Positions 39,652-48,675 of a stretch of 64,000 nucleotides of DNA are shown piece after piece. Under the pieces are notes generated by a model. It made no database searches. It saw only the letters and a program-made list of their open reading frames with translations, and was not told where the DNA came from. Position 1 is the first letter of the stretch; every line of letters begins with the position of its first letter. The stretch lies in the IMG/VR virus record IMGVR_UViG_3300037420_001376, positions 1 through 64,000 of that record; one strand, written 5' to 3'. The stretch comes from a virus (taxonomy: Duplodnaviria > Caudoviricetes). The position numbers were made by a program, and so were the translations under genes.

Positions 39652-42522
39652 TCACTTTGTACCATTGTTCATACCACTGTCTGCGCTGCTTTTATCAAAT
39701 GGAATTACATTTGATCCCGTAAACTTCACATTTAAAAAGTAATTATCTACGATGCCATTTACTTTCTTTTGTTTCTGTGGAAAATCTAAAGCCTTTAGTC
39801 TCCGAGTTAATAATGGCTGCGATGCAGTATCTTTTCTTTGAATATTATTAAGATCACACCACTCAAGATATTTTATTTTTACATCTTTTGGCCTAAGATA
39901 AGATTCAACGCCAACCTTAGTTAAGCACTGAGAAGCAAAGGTTGAAATGTGATCTAAGCCGTTAACAAAATCATCTGTTTCTGCTTCAATTAATTTAGAT
40001 GTAGGCAGTTCTCCTAAGTTGCGATACTGCTTGTATCCGTCAATGAGCCATGAAAGTACGGCAGTTGCACATACGTCTTTAACGACTCTGGAAAAAGATT
40101 TATCAATGTTTCTCGGTGTAACATCGAACGGTATGACAAGCAGGCGATTGCGCAATGCTTTGTCTGCACCAGAAATTTGTGGGACGGCATTCGTCGCCAA
40201 TATGGGAACGAATTGCGGCACACCCTCAATTGTAGTATTTGACCCTTTGAGTTCAGCCTGGATCTTATCTGAACCACCAGTGAGCCTTTTGACTTGAGAA
40301 GCAGAAAGCTGATCTTTTTCGTCAAATTCAGAACATACAATGATTCGTTTGGTAAGTGAGTTTGCCAAAACTGGGTTAAGTTTGTGATTCTGAAATATAG
40401 TTTGGTTAACACTTTGCGCATAATCTCCTAACGCAGACTCAAGTGCAGAAATCATTGTTGACTTACCAGTGTTTGGATCACCCTTTAAAACGACCATAAT
40501 TTTCTCAGGATTGCCTCCAATAATGGTATGTCCTAATACCACCTGAACAATACGTTGTAGCTCAGGATCAGGCAGAAAAGTATCTAAATACTCCTGCCAC
40601 TTTTGTGCCGCAAAATCTGTTGGCTGCTCCCATTTAATGTTAGTATTTAGTGTAATAAAATCATCTAATTGAGCTTTTCGTAATCTAACTTCGTCACGGT
40701 CAAGCTCTACTACTCCATTGGCAACACCTAAAAGCATTTCATTTTTATCTAAATCGTTGACAGATATAGACACCCCAGTAATCGAGGTTGCAGCCTTCAA
40801 AGCATTTTCTGCTTGTCGATTATTTCCGCTCAGTTCCGCCCATTTTTGCCATTTTTGATACTTCGCTCTCGCTAAAATTAAATCTGCCGGTGCATTTTGG
40901 CCAGAAGTAGGTTGTCCGCCACTGATGGCAGCTTGTAATTTATTATCAAAATCAGCTTTTAAAGCATCAACATAAGCTTTTTGGCGCTCTTTTACTTTGT
41001 GCCACATTCGCCTAACTTGTTGATTTCCTAATTCATCGCGTTGCCAATGAGATTCAACATCGCTGCTACCATCATGCCAAACAATCCAGCCATAACCTTC
41101 TGCGAATCTAACAGAAGGGCCGTGAGCAAGAGAACTAAACATATCCACAAAATGTGCAGCATTACCATCGTCGTTAGTTTCATATTCTTCTATCGCCTTT
41201 AAAGCGCCTTTAGGAACATCATCTAATTCATCGGGTGGGTCTAACGATCCATCATTATCACTATCCAATGATGATAAAGAATTCCGTTGGTCAGAAGCAT
41301 CCCCAGCCAAAACGCCAGAATTATGTGATACGTCGGACCCACTAGAAACCACAGAAAGTTTCGGACTTTTCGATCCGCAGATGCCCACTTTAATGCAAAG
41401 CGGGTCCACAGCTTTTGCGCCGATTTTTCTTCTTTCGTCGGATTTCCCTTTAATCTGCCGTAGAGCCTGTATTCTGCTTCTAAAAATCTCTCCGTGAACT
41501 TCTGATAATCCACGCTTCCCGCGAGCCACGGTGATTTCTTCAAACTTTTGCTCCAACTCATTAATCGCCGCGTTCCAGCCCAAATGTCCCTCGAAGGCCA
41601 AATGGAGCAAGTTCCAGTGCGCGTTAGTGAGCTTGTCATGAGAAGTTGCCTCATCTTCAATTAACCTCAAATGTTTATCTAGTTTGGATCGCATTAATTC
41701 ACACGGCAGAGTGAAATCTCCACACGCCGTTGATTCGTCACACTCAAAAAGCTGACCGTTTTCATCTAAATCTGGATGACGGCAATCGTCTTTATGAAAA
41801 GTATCGGTAGCCCAGTCGTAAATTTCTTGAACCGCTGAATCAACATCAATAATTTCATCTTCAACGGCTAAAGTTCCACCAGAAGTTAAAAAATCTATCC
41901 ATTTTTCAGGAAGTAGGGGCATCTTTCGCGCATCTGGAAGCACCCCGTTCCACAAGGTTCGCTCGGATTTTCCAGGCGACACGGAAGGCGCAAACCACCA
42001 GTAGATTCCTCCCTCGGGGTGAATACTGGGCCAGACGACGGCAAATCGGTGTCCTTTTCGGATGACTTCGATATCTTTGTCAACCTTCCCACGAAACGCC
42101 AATCCGCGCGGTACGCGGAAATACCGAATACCACTTTTTCCATCGGTTCTTGCCGAGGAAATCCATGTCGGTGGTAAAGTCCCAAGCGTAGTCTCCAATT
42201 TTTGAAGCTGACTATAACCCTCTTTTTTCTTTCCACCTTTAGGGTAATCATCTACATCTATTCCAATCAATTCATGGTGTTCATCAACACCCGCCAGTCG
42301 AACACAAATATTATGCTTTTTACCGTCATTGCACCATTCCTCGAAGTCTTCTAGACCAGGATATGGTGCGCGTTGACCGGTGAAATCGACCGGTGGGGGG
42401 AATTTATCTTTATAAGGAATCGGCAATGGGCCTCTAAACCCAGCCTTTAAATACTTCTCATAAGTATCTTTATAAGGATTTAAAACTCTGGGAACATTAT
42501 TATTTCCATCGTTTTGAACCAA
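39652..42522 (-). CDS. DNA primase/polymerase - SF3 (D5-like) helicase
   Basis: N-terminal prim-pol motifs (GIDVDD, RYFRVP); Walker A GDPNTGKST; GGAGG RBS before TTG. Confidence 0.9.
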   Translation of the reverse strand: MVQNDGNNNVPRVLNPYKDTYEKYLKAGFRGPLPIPYKDKFPPPVDFTGQRAPYPGLEDFEEWCNDGKKHNICVRLAGVDEHHELIGIDVDDYPKGGKKKEGYSQLQKLETTLGTLPPTWISSARTDGKSGIRYFRVPRGLAFRGKVDKDIEVIRKGHRFAVVWPSIHPEGGIYWWFAPSVSPGKSERTLWNGVLPDARKMPLLPEKWIDFLTSGGTLAVEDEIIDVDSAVQEIYDWATDTFHKDDCRHPDLDENGQLFECDESTACGDFTLPCELMRSKLDKHLRLIEDEATSHDKLTNAHWNLLHLAFEGHLGWNAAINELEQKFEEITVARGKRGLSEVHGEIFRSRIQALRQIKGKSDERRKIGAKAVDPLCIKVGICGSKSPKLSVVSSGSDVSHNSGVLAGDASDQRNSLSSLDSDNDGSLDPPDELDDVPKGALKAIEEYETNDDGNAAHFVDMFSSLAHGPSVRFAEGYGWIVWHDGSSDVESHWQRDELGNQQVRRMWHKVKERQKAYVDALKADFDNKLQAAISGGQPTSGQNAPADLILARAKYQKWQKWAELSGNNRQAENALKAATSITGVSISVNDLDKNEMLLGVANGVVELDRDEVRLRKAQLDDFITLNTNIKWEQPTDFAAQKWQEYLDTFLPDPELQRIVQVVLGHTIIGGNPEKIMVVLKGDPNTGKSTMISALESALGDYAQSVNQTIFQNHKLNPVLANSLTKRIIVCSEFDEKDQLSASQVKRLTGGSDKIQAELKGSNTTIEGVPQFVPILATNAVPQISGADKALRNRLLVIPFDVTPRNIDKSFSRVVKDVCATAVLSWLIDGYKQYRNLGELPTSKLIEAETDDFVNGLDHISTFASQCLTKVGVESYLRPKDVKIKYLEWCDLNNIQRKDTASQPLLTRRLKALDFPQKQKKVNGIVDNYFLNVKFTGSNVIPFDKSSADSGMNNGTK

Positions 42523-42845
42523 CTTCTGACCTCCGCGTTACCTAACTCAGCGGCTCCAATGCCAACTGACAGGAAACGTCCAACTTAACATATGCCCTGC
42601 TCAGGGCCACTATTTACTAGATCTATGGGGTGTCGGGCAAAGCCACCACTACAGGTTGTGCTTGCACGAGCAAACAAACCCCCTTCCCTCTTCAAACATT
42701 TATTTGCTTACTGATCGAAATAATTCTAAAAAATCCATAATCATATTTGTTGCCACTTCTTGCCAAGATTCTCTCATTCGTTTTCCAGTACATATTCAAC
42801 CCCTATGGGGTGTTTAGACTATCTACCCCAATATGTTGTGGTTGG

Positions 42846-43031
42846 TCATTTTTCCATCTGACTCTTTATAAAACCTTGGATAACTTTTTCAGAATCCACA
42901 GGCCAATAAATAAAATTACTTTTAGTAAAGTTGCAGATACTTAGTTCTCTATCGCTTAAATACCTTAAGAAGTCATTCAAGAAAATTTCTGACTTATCGC
43001 AACACATTCCCCTAATACTGTCGCCGCTCAT
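42846..43031 (-). CDS. hypothetical protein
   Basis: ATGA overlap with upstream gene. Confidence 0.55.
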   Translation of the reverse strand: MSGDSIRGMCCDKSEIFLNDFLRYLSDRELSICNFTKSNFIYWPVDSEKVIQGFIKSQMEK

Positions 43032-43426
43032 GACAACCTTTCTCCGTTCACCCGATCCACAGTTTCTTTATACTCATTCAGCATAGAAGAGTTTTTCATA
43101 ATAGCTAAAGCATCACAGATGCCACGAATATAATTGTCTATAAAAATAGGTAAATCACTAGGAGCTAATTTCTTTTCAACCTCATAATCTAAAGCCGTCA
43201 GAAAACGTCTCTGGTGATAGTCAGCAAGTTCCTCTAACCGCTTAATAATACTTTTTCCTGGCGGTACTGAGTGCCCTTCCATTTGTGCCGAAGATTTGCG
43301 AACTCTTACTGATTCTCGTTCTTTGACTCCGGTAATAAGATAATCGCTTTCCACAGGATCAACTTCAACTACCTGTCCAAAAGAAATTCCATGGTCTTCC
43401 AGAGCATCTTTGATAAGTTTTTCCAC
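43028..43426 (-). CDS. hypothetical protein
   Basis: Start moved to GTG 43426 preceded by GGAGGT RBS. Confidence 0.7.
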   Translation of the reverse strand: MEKLIKDALEDHGISFGQVVEVDPVESDYLITGVKERESVRVRKSSAQMEGHSVPPGKSIIKRLEELADYHQRRFLTALDYEVEKKLAPSDLPIFIDNYIRGICDALAIMKNSSMLNEYKETVDRVNGERLS

Positions 43427-43507
43427 GATGTTACCTCCAAAATTTCTTGAATGATTTTTGCGAACGTCGAGCCTGTAGGCTAGCCCACACTTAATCAGTT
43501 TAACCCC

Positions 43508-43537
43508 TTGCGCTAGCACATACTCATGCACTATCGT
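43508..43537 (+). promoter_or_regulatory. candidate SigA-type promoter for the + strand RNA
   Basis: TTGCGC-18 nt-TATCGT; first hairpin begins 8 nt downstream. Confidence 0.4.
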
Positions 43538-43544
43538 AGGTATC

Positions 43545-44534
43545 GCTGTTGATTGAACGGGTCACAGCAAACCCGGTGAGAACACGAAAGACGGCAGAGG
43601 CATCCCCGAAGCACGCGCTCACCGGGTCTGAACTTTCATAACTCCATCGAAAAGCTTTGGGGCATGGCCCTATAACTACGGGCAACCGTAGGAAAGGCTG
43701 GCATGACACCCGGCCACTACACCCTCTCGCCTTCGGGCGAAAGGCTCTGTAGCAAACCATGCACGGCAGTCCTTAAAAATTCAACTGAGGTTGGATTTGG
43801 ATATCGACCGGAACTGTGTGAAACACCAACTAGCGTAAAAAACTAGAGTTTCAGCCATTGCGAGAATGCGGCAAGTTGGCAGCAGGGAAAAGGAAGATAA
43901 TCTTGGAGTGCGGGGAACGTTTTTAAAACTGCGAGTAGGCATACAAGTGGGCGTTTCAGGAAATTCTGGGCTAGGCAGGCATGTCTAGGAAGTACAGAAA
44001 AGTACAGAGAAAGTAGACCGCAAATCGAAATCTCCGTTGGCGTGAAGCATTCCGTAGCTTAAAAGGGTACGGAACTTCATGGGGAAGCACGTCAACAGTC
44101 CGGAGTTATCCGTTAAATATCACACGCTGTGTTAGCTCAATTTGGCGAGAGCATTCTGTTAGGGACAGAAATGTTGGTGGTTCGATTCCTCCACACAAAA
44201 AGCAAAAGTCTTTCCCCTTCGTTAACGAAAGCGTCATCTAAGCCGTAGCGCGTAAGCGAACTACGGAATCTCTGAGCCGCAAGCAATATGGGATTTTCAT
44301 AAACAAGTAGTTGTAGGCAGTGGGCGGCCACCTATTGTTGAAACGAAAGTTGTGGAGTAGTTAACGAGAGAAAACGAGTGGTTTACGTTCCCCACTAAAA
44401 ACTACTTCGGTAGGTTTGAAAAGGAAAACAAACCGGGCGTGGTGATTACAAGTGAGAGCTTGTGGAAAAGTTGCTAAACCATAAGGCAACGAAAGATCAC
44501 TAAAAGAGGCGGGTATTCTCACCGCCTCTTTTTT
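43545..44534 (+). ncRNA. large structured non-coding RNA (GOLLD-like candidate)
   Basis: ~1 kb with no credible ORF; many nested stems with cUUCGg and GNRA loops and G.U pairs on + strand; ends at a U-tract terminator. Confidence 0.75.
44126..44200 (+). tRNA. degenerate tRNA-Pro(AGG)-like module embedded in the ncRNA
   Basis: D arm GCTC/GAGC, anticodon arm TTCTG-TTAGGGA-CAGAA, T loop TTCGATT; only 5 acceptor pairs, no CCA. Confidence 0.65.
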
Positions 44535-44535
44535 A
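44501..44535. terminator. bidirectional intrinsic terminator
   Basis: AAAAGAGGCGG-9 nt-CCGCCTCTTTTTT; U tracts on both strands at a convergence point. Confidence 0.85.
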
Positions 44536-44559
44536 GTGCCTAAAATCCGATAAAACCGA

Positions 44560-44805
44560 TTATGTCGGGTTGGCGTCGTACTCCACCGCAGCGGCGGCAG
44601 TGACCTTGCCGACGTGCTCTACCAGCAGCGGAATGCCGTCAATGCTCGACGGAACCTCACCCGCTGGCGGATTCAGCGTGTTGACCTTGAGCACCCAATC
44701 GTTCTCGCCCTTGCCATCCAAGGTCAGCCCAAAGCCGGTGGGCTTTGCTTCTATCAGGTTGTACCAACGTCTCTTGAGGTCACGGACCTCCGACAAGCTA
44801 GCCAT
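44560..44805 (-). CDS. hypothetical protein, GC-rich
   Basis: GAGGA RBS; ~60% GC by manual count. Confidence 0.75.
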   Translation of the reverse strand: MASLSEVRDLKRRWYNLIEAKPTGFGLTLDGKGENDWVLKVNTLNPPAGEVPSSIDGIPLLVEHVGKVTAAAAVEYDANPT

Positions 44806-44854
44806 ATGTTTCCTCTCTGCTGATAATTTCGCCTTACGTCAACTATCCTTAGTT

Positions 44855-45025
44855 TTATTTCCTGCTATTAAGTGTCGGCATTTTTCTGTTATAAGCGTCG
44901 GCATCTCGCATAATGTTTGCCAATTCTACAACGTCACCGGCTGTCAGTGATTGAGCGTCTTTAAGATCAAATTCAAGAGCATATCTTTCAAGAAGATCCC
45001 TGGCCTGTTGTTCGTAACTTTTCAT
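44855..45025 (-). CDS. small hypothetical protein (56 aa, not in ORF track)
   Basis: MKSYEQQARDLLERY...; TGATG overlap, GGAGG RBS. Confidence 0.65.
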   Translation of the reverse strand: MKSYEQQARDLLERYALEFDLKDAQSLTAGDVVELANIMRDADAYNRKMPTLNSRK

Positions 45026-45705
45026 CACCACCTCCTTGGTTGACCACTGGGATAAAAACGTTGCTTAGAGGCTTGGCCACGAAAAATCTCTGGCGCTTGT
45101 GGAGACGTAACCGCCTGAAGTTTTTGAATATCCTCTTCGGTTAATTTCTTACGAGGTGCAGAAAATTCTACTGATTCTTCAAAAGGACCAACAATACTTT
45201 CAACATGTTCTGCCAAAGTCATATCTTTTTCTTGAATAACCTTGGCGTTAGCACTGGCATCACGCATTTTAAATTCAACATCTTCTGCGTTCCAGCCAAT
45301 ACAATCTGGACACCACGGCGCGTTATGCTCGTCATAAACAATATCTTTTGGATCAGTTACTCTTCTTTTACACGGTGGTTGATGATATTTGCAGCCTGAT
45401 GGATGATGCCACACTGCCGGGGCATTATTTTCTTTAAAACGCATAATTCCGGCACCATCGACATAACAGCCTGGAACGACTTGCATTCCTTTTGGCACGT
45501 TAACCCATGCACCCACCGGCACGTCCACCGATTCATAGACGGGTGCGCCTCCGTAATGGGAGCCGCTGTCGGTACGCCCTACCTCATAAATGCCTTGGTC
45601 TTGCCTCATCCCTACCGGCACCGGCGTTAGATGGGGCTTTTTCTCGCTAGAATCCCCGGGTGGCGTCTCAACGAATTTTTTCTTCTTACCTTTTCCCCGG
45701 CTCAC
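45025..45705 (-). CDS. hypothetical protein with Cys/His cluster
   Basis: 226 aa; CKYHQPPC and CPDC. Confidence 0.7.
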   Translation of the reverse strand: MSRGKGKKKKFVETPPGDSSEKKPHLTPVPVGMRQDQGIYEVGRTDSGSHYGGAPVYESVDVPVGAWVNVPKGMQVVPGCYVDGAGIMRFKENNAPAVWHHPSGCKYHQPPCKRRVTDPKDIVYDEHNAPWCPDCIGWNAEDVEFKMRDASANAKVIQEKDMTLAEHVESIVGPFEESVEFSAPRKKLTEEDIQKLQAVTSPQAPEIFRGQASKQRFYPSGQPRRW

Positions 45706-45807
45706 ATTGACTCCAAAATTTCCAATTGATCCTGGGTAATAATGCCTGACATTTTAACCTCTACCATTCCAGCCCATTCGCCCTCTTCAATAATTTTAGA
45801 CTCTATA

Positions 45808-46089
45808 TTAAGCATTACACTCTACCTTTTCCCTTTCTTTTTCTACTTGCTTTTTAGCCCACTCAGTTATTTCGCGTAGCGCTGCAATATGTCCAATGAG
45901 AGAATGTTTGGAAAACGTGAGAGTTTCAAACTGATCATCGCTCATGGTTTTACTGTCGCGCTCCAAAATAGCTTCTTCGCGCTGCAATTCCGCATAAAGT
46001 TTATTGGCTGTCTCCTGACAATAATCCACAAGCTCTTGGCGGGTAATCCACCCATCATATTTACGCGGAGAACTAATAGCACTAGTCAT
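45808..46089 (-). CDS. hypothetical protein
   Basis: ATGA coupling. Confidence 0.7.
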   Translation of the reverse strand: MTSAISSPRKYDGWITRQELVDYCQETANKLYAELQREEAILERDSKTMSDDQFETLTFSKHSLIGHIAALREITEWAKKQVEKEREKVECNA

Positions 46090-46472
46090 TCTTCAGGAAA
46101 CCCCACATACTCAACTTGCATTGTCATTACTTGATCTTCCCAATTCAGCCCGCCTTCACCACTGAATCTAAATCGGCACTCAACATCACCGATTCTTAGA
46201 TATATAAATTCATAACGCAATGCTCCTGATTTCTTAATAACAGTCAGATTACCGTTATCATCGTATTCTGAATCAGGGTAAAGATTTTTAACTAAAGCCT
46301 TATAAAAACGGCTGCCGTCGTCAGCAGCCAATTCCAGTGTCATTTTAGGCCGAGCATGTCGACGTTCATAAGTATCAATGACGCGCTTTTGGAATTCTTC
46401 GTAGGTTTCCCCTTGCCTACGGTTATCTATATCATCATTTCCACTGAAGCCATGTGTGCCCACAGTTACCAC
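46086..46472 (-). CDS. hypothetical protein
   Basis: In operon. Confidence 0.7.
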   Translation of the reverse strand: MVTVGTHGFSGNDDIDNRRQGETYEEFQKRVIDTYERRHARPKMTLELAADDGSRFYKALVKNLYPDSEYDDNGNLTVIKKSGALRYEFIYLRIGDVECRFRFSGEGGLNWEDQVMTMQVEYVGFPEE

Positions 46473-46836
46473 ATTCTCTCATTAAGTGCTTTGAACGTCT
46501 CGGGACTCTCTCTTGCATATATGCAAAGCTAAATTTTTGACACTTAGGGCATTCTTGATAAGCCTGGAACTGATTTAGCTCCCGCTCTCTTCTTAGTATC
46601 CAGTCATCATAAAGTTCTATTGGGATATTTTGAGTAAGGGTAATCTCTTGGGCTAACTCTTTTACTGAATCTGTAGCATCAGGTAAAACCGTTACTGCGT
46701 ATCTATTTCTAATTGCGGTTTTATCTTTCTTATGTGCTTTTCTAGCGTCCGATTTGTAACTGTATATTGCAGTCACTGAACAAGTAAAAGCGCATATCCA
46801 TATAATGAGCATAACCCGGCCTTGAGAATCGCCCAT
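46435..46836 (-). CDS. membrane-anchored Zn-ribbon protein
   Basis: N-terminal hydrophobic segment; CPKC...CGNCGHTW. Confidence 0.65.
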   Translation of the reverse strand: MGDSQGRVMLIIWICAFTCSVTAIYSYKSDARKAHKKDKTAIRNRYAVTVLPDATDSVKELAQEITLTQNIPIELYDDWILRRERELNQFQAYQECPKCQKFSFAYMQERVPRRSKHLMRECGNCGHTWLQWK

Positions 46837-47006
46837 TAGAACATACCGTTGAGCTTTAGACCATCTATTAAAAGCTTTCTCCCAGCCTCACTGAAGCTAA
46901 AGAAATTGCCGTGTTTTTGATAGTTTTTAATAGCATCAGCTAAAGATTCTTCGATGTAAATCTTTGCATGAAAATCCTTCTTTTCTAAAGGATCGATTGT
47001 CGCCAT
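46836..47006 (-). CDS. ribbon-helix-helix DNA-binding protein (56 aa, not in ORF track)
   Basis: HAKIYI strand, EESLADAIKNYQ helix, SFSEAGRKLLIDGL helix; GGGAGG RBS; TAATG overlap. Confidence 0.65.
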   Translation of the reverse strand: MATIDPLEKKDFHAKIYIEESLADAIKNYQKHGNFFSFSEAGRKLLIDGLKLNGMF

Positions 47007-47054
47007 TGTCCTCCCTTCTACCCTCGTGCCAACTGCTGGCCTTTTGTATTCAGC

Positions 47055-47360
47055 TTACCCTTGGGCTAGCCCACGCGGCAACGATTGAGCCACTGCTTCG
47101 GCGGCTGCTTGGGCGGCTCGTCCTATTGCCTCTAGACTTTGCACAAATGCATCCACGTTGACCGACAGTTCAGCCAAAGCTTTTGCTTGGATTTGGGCTA
47201 AAGGAATACACATTCCATCTTCGGCAACAATATATTCAGTGATCGAATCATTGCGCATCAACTCTATCCACGCAATATGTTCTAAATCAGATAAAGGTAA
47301 AGGCGTCCATGAAACCCAGCGATAAAACTTATGGGTAATATCTATGATTCTTTTCATCAT
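47055..47360 (-). CDS. hypothetical protein
   Basis: In operon. Confidence 0.65.
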   Translation of the reverse strand: MMKRIIDITHKFYRWVSWTPLPLSDLEHIAWIELMRNDSITEYIVAEDGMCIPLAQIQAKALAELSVNVDAFVQSLEAIGRAAQAAAEAVAQSLPRGLAQG

Positions 47361-47520
47361 AAGGAACTATATCCCATCCGTTAGCCGTCATATATTTAAT
47401 AAAGTCAGATGCTGCCTTGTTGTATTTAATTTCCCTAGTGCACCCAAGGTCTTCAAACATATCTTCTATCCACCCGGCTATATCTGCACGCTTATCTCTG
47501 TAAGTTTCGCTTTGGGTCAT
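47329..47520 (-). CDS. hypothetical protein
   Basis: TAATG coupling. Confidence 0.65.
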   Translation of the reverse strand: MTQSETYRDKRADIAGWIEDMFEDLGCTREIKYNKAASDFIKYMTANGWDIVPYDEKNHRYYP

Positions 47521-47777
47521 TACTTGTCGACAACCTCGGCAACAATTTCATCAGAGTCAGGGTCATTAATTATCACAATCTCTTCTCGGGTTACCCGCCA
47601 CACCCGAACACGACCGGTGTTAGCACCATAGGCAATAATCAATTCCTTTTCCCACTCTTCATAAGTAGGCGGTTTTTCCTCACTGCTATAACGCTGGACA
47701 AACTCTTCATAATCTGCGGTACGACTTGGCTCAGCCATACGGCCAGCTTGAAATTCAAGATGATGCCTAATTGTCAT
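47520..47777 (-). CDS. hypothetical protein
   Basis: Coupled ORF. Confidence 0.65.
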   Translation of the reverse strand: MTIRHHLEFQAGRMAEPSRTADYEEFVQRYSSEEKPPTYEEWEKELIIAYGANTGRVRVWRVTREEIVIINDPDSDEIVAEVVDK

Positions 47778-47905
47778 TTACTGTTCTTCTTTCTTAAATA
47801 TTCTATCGTTGGTTGAGCAGCGTGAGTTTGTCGCTTGTGCTTATGATGCCATGCGCCACGATGATAATAAATCTCTTGTGGATTTACTATGCACCATTTG
47901 CACAT
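47774..47905 (-). CDS. small hypothetical protein (43 aa, not in ORF track)
   Basis: MCKWCIVNPQEIYYHRGAWHHKHK...; fills gap, ATGA overlap. Confidence 0.45.
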   Translation of the reverse strand: MCKWCIVNPQEIYYHRGAWHHKHKRQTHAAQPTIEYLRKKNSK

Positions 47906-47907
47906 TA

Positions 47908-48675
47908 TCACTTAGCAAACCTTACTCTTTCTCCCTTGGCAATTCGCCTGGGCTTCAACGGTTTTGATTCTAAACTATCCTCTGGCTCTCGACTACTACC
48001 AGTGAATTGACTATAACGCTCTTGTTTCCACGGGTCACCGAATTTGTCTGGCCATGCGCGCCAACGGTTTTCGGCTGATTTTTGACCTCCACCATGACAC
48101 GTCCGCAAAAAATAAAAGGCGTGTCTAGTCGCGTCTCGTGCGTGTCTGCCTCCGGTGCGATCGAATAGCCCCCAGCGTTGCAGGCGCTTGTCGGCGCAGG
48201 TGGTTTTTGCCATAGAGCGGTTTTGGATGAAAAGCTTTGAGTAGAACGGCATTTCAGCGTCGATATACATCGCATAGGACAGCATCGACATAATGCGAAC
48301 CGGACTCAGCGTGTGGCGGGCTTGGTCGATTTTGGAGAAGTCAATAATGAAGTCTTCCACCACAATTGCTGGATCGGGTAGTTTCCAAATAAGGTCCATC
48401 ATTTTGGAAACACCGACTGCCTCAGCGCCAAAAGAGATTCCGGCGTGTTTATGCACGACGTCATCCCAACCACCGGTACCGACACAATCAATTTGGCCGT
48501 AATCGATATAGGCAATGCCGTGTTGTAATTCTTTGAAAGCCCCTGGACCACCGATTAATTGATCGGGGTGTATGCCCATCACACACCAGCCGGTGGTTTC
48601 ACCGGGATCAAAAGCTACGACATGACAAAGCTTTTGAGGATCAACCGTTCCAATCCCTCTGCGATAATCAGGCAT
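47908..48675 (-). CDS. RuvC-like Holliday junction resolvase
   Basis: VVAFDPGETTGW, IVVEDF, HARDATRHA. Confidence 0.8.
   Translation of the reverse strand: MPDYRRGIGTVDPQKLCHVVAFDPGETTGWCVMGIHPDQLIGGPGAFKELQHGIAYIDYGQIDCVGTGGWDDVVHKHAGISFGAEAVGVSKMMDLIWKLPDPAIVVEDFIIDFSKIDQARHTLSPVRIMSMLSYAMYIDAEMPFYSKLFIQNRSMAKTTCADKRLQRWGLFDRTGGRHARDATRHAFYFLRTCHGGGQKSAENRWRAWPDKFGDPWKQERYSQFTGSSREPEDSLESKPLKPRRIAKGERVRFAK

Noticed and set aside
39369-39665. N-terminal extension of ORF 39018-39665
   Set aside because: Reads through the repeat cluster; ATG 39368 is the more plausible start
42623-42813. 11-bp direct repeat CTATGGGGTGT and a possible 56-aa ORF (42623-42793)
   Set aside because: Only two copies; the ORF lacks a clear RBS and the reading frame is ambiguous
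43524-44331. Minus-strand ORFs 43524-43760 and 44137-44331
   Set aside because: No RBS, implausible composition, and they overlap the structured + strand RNA and its tRNA-like module
43545-44534. Large RNA as RNase P RNA, tmRNA or a self-splicing intron
   Set aside because: No GAGGAAAGUCC P4 signature, no tmRNA ends or tag ORF, and it does not interrupt a gene
3946-47074. CTAGCCCAC at 3946, 43480 and 47066
   Set aside because: Three copies of a 9-mer, one inside a coding region; too weak to call a regulatory motif
48171-48480. Raised GC3 in the middle of the RuvC-like gene
   Set aside because: Overall GC is only about 50%; contrast too weak to claim recombination without computation
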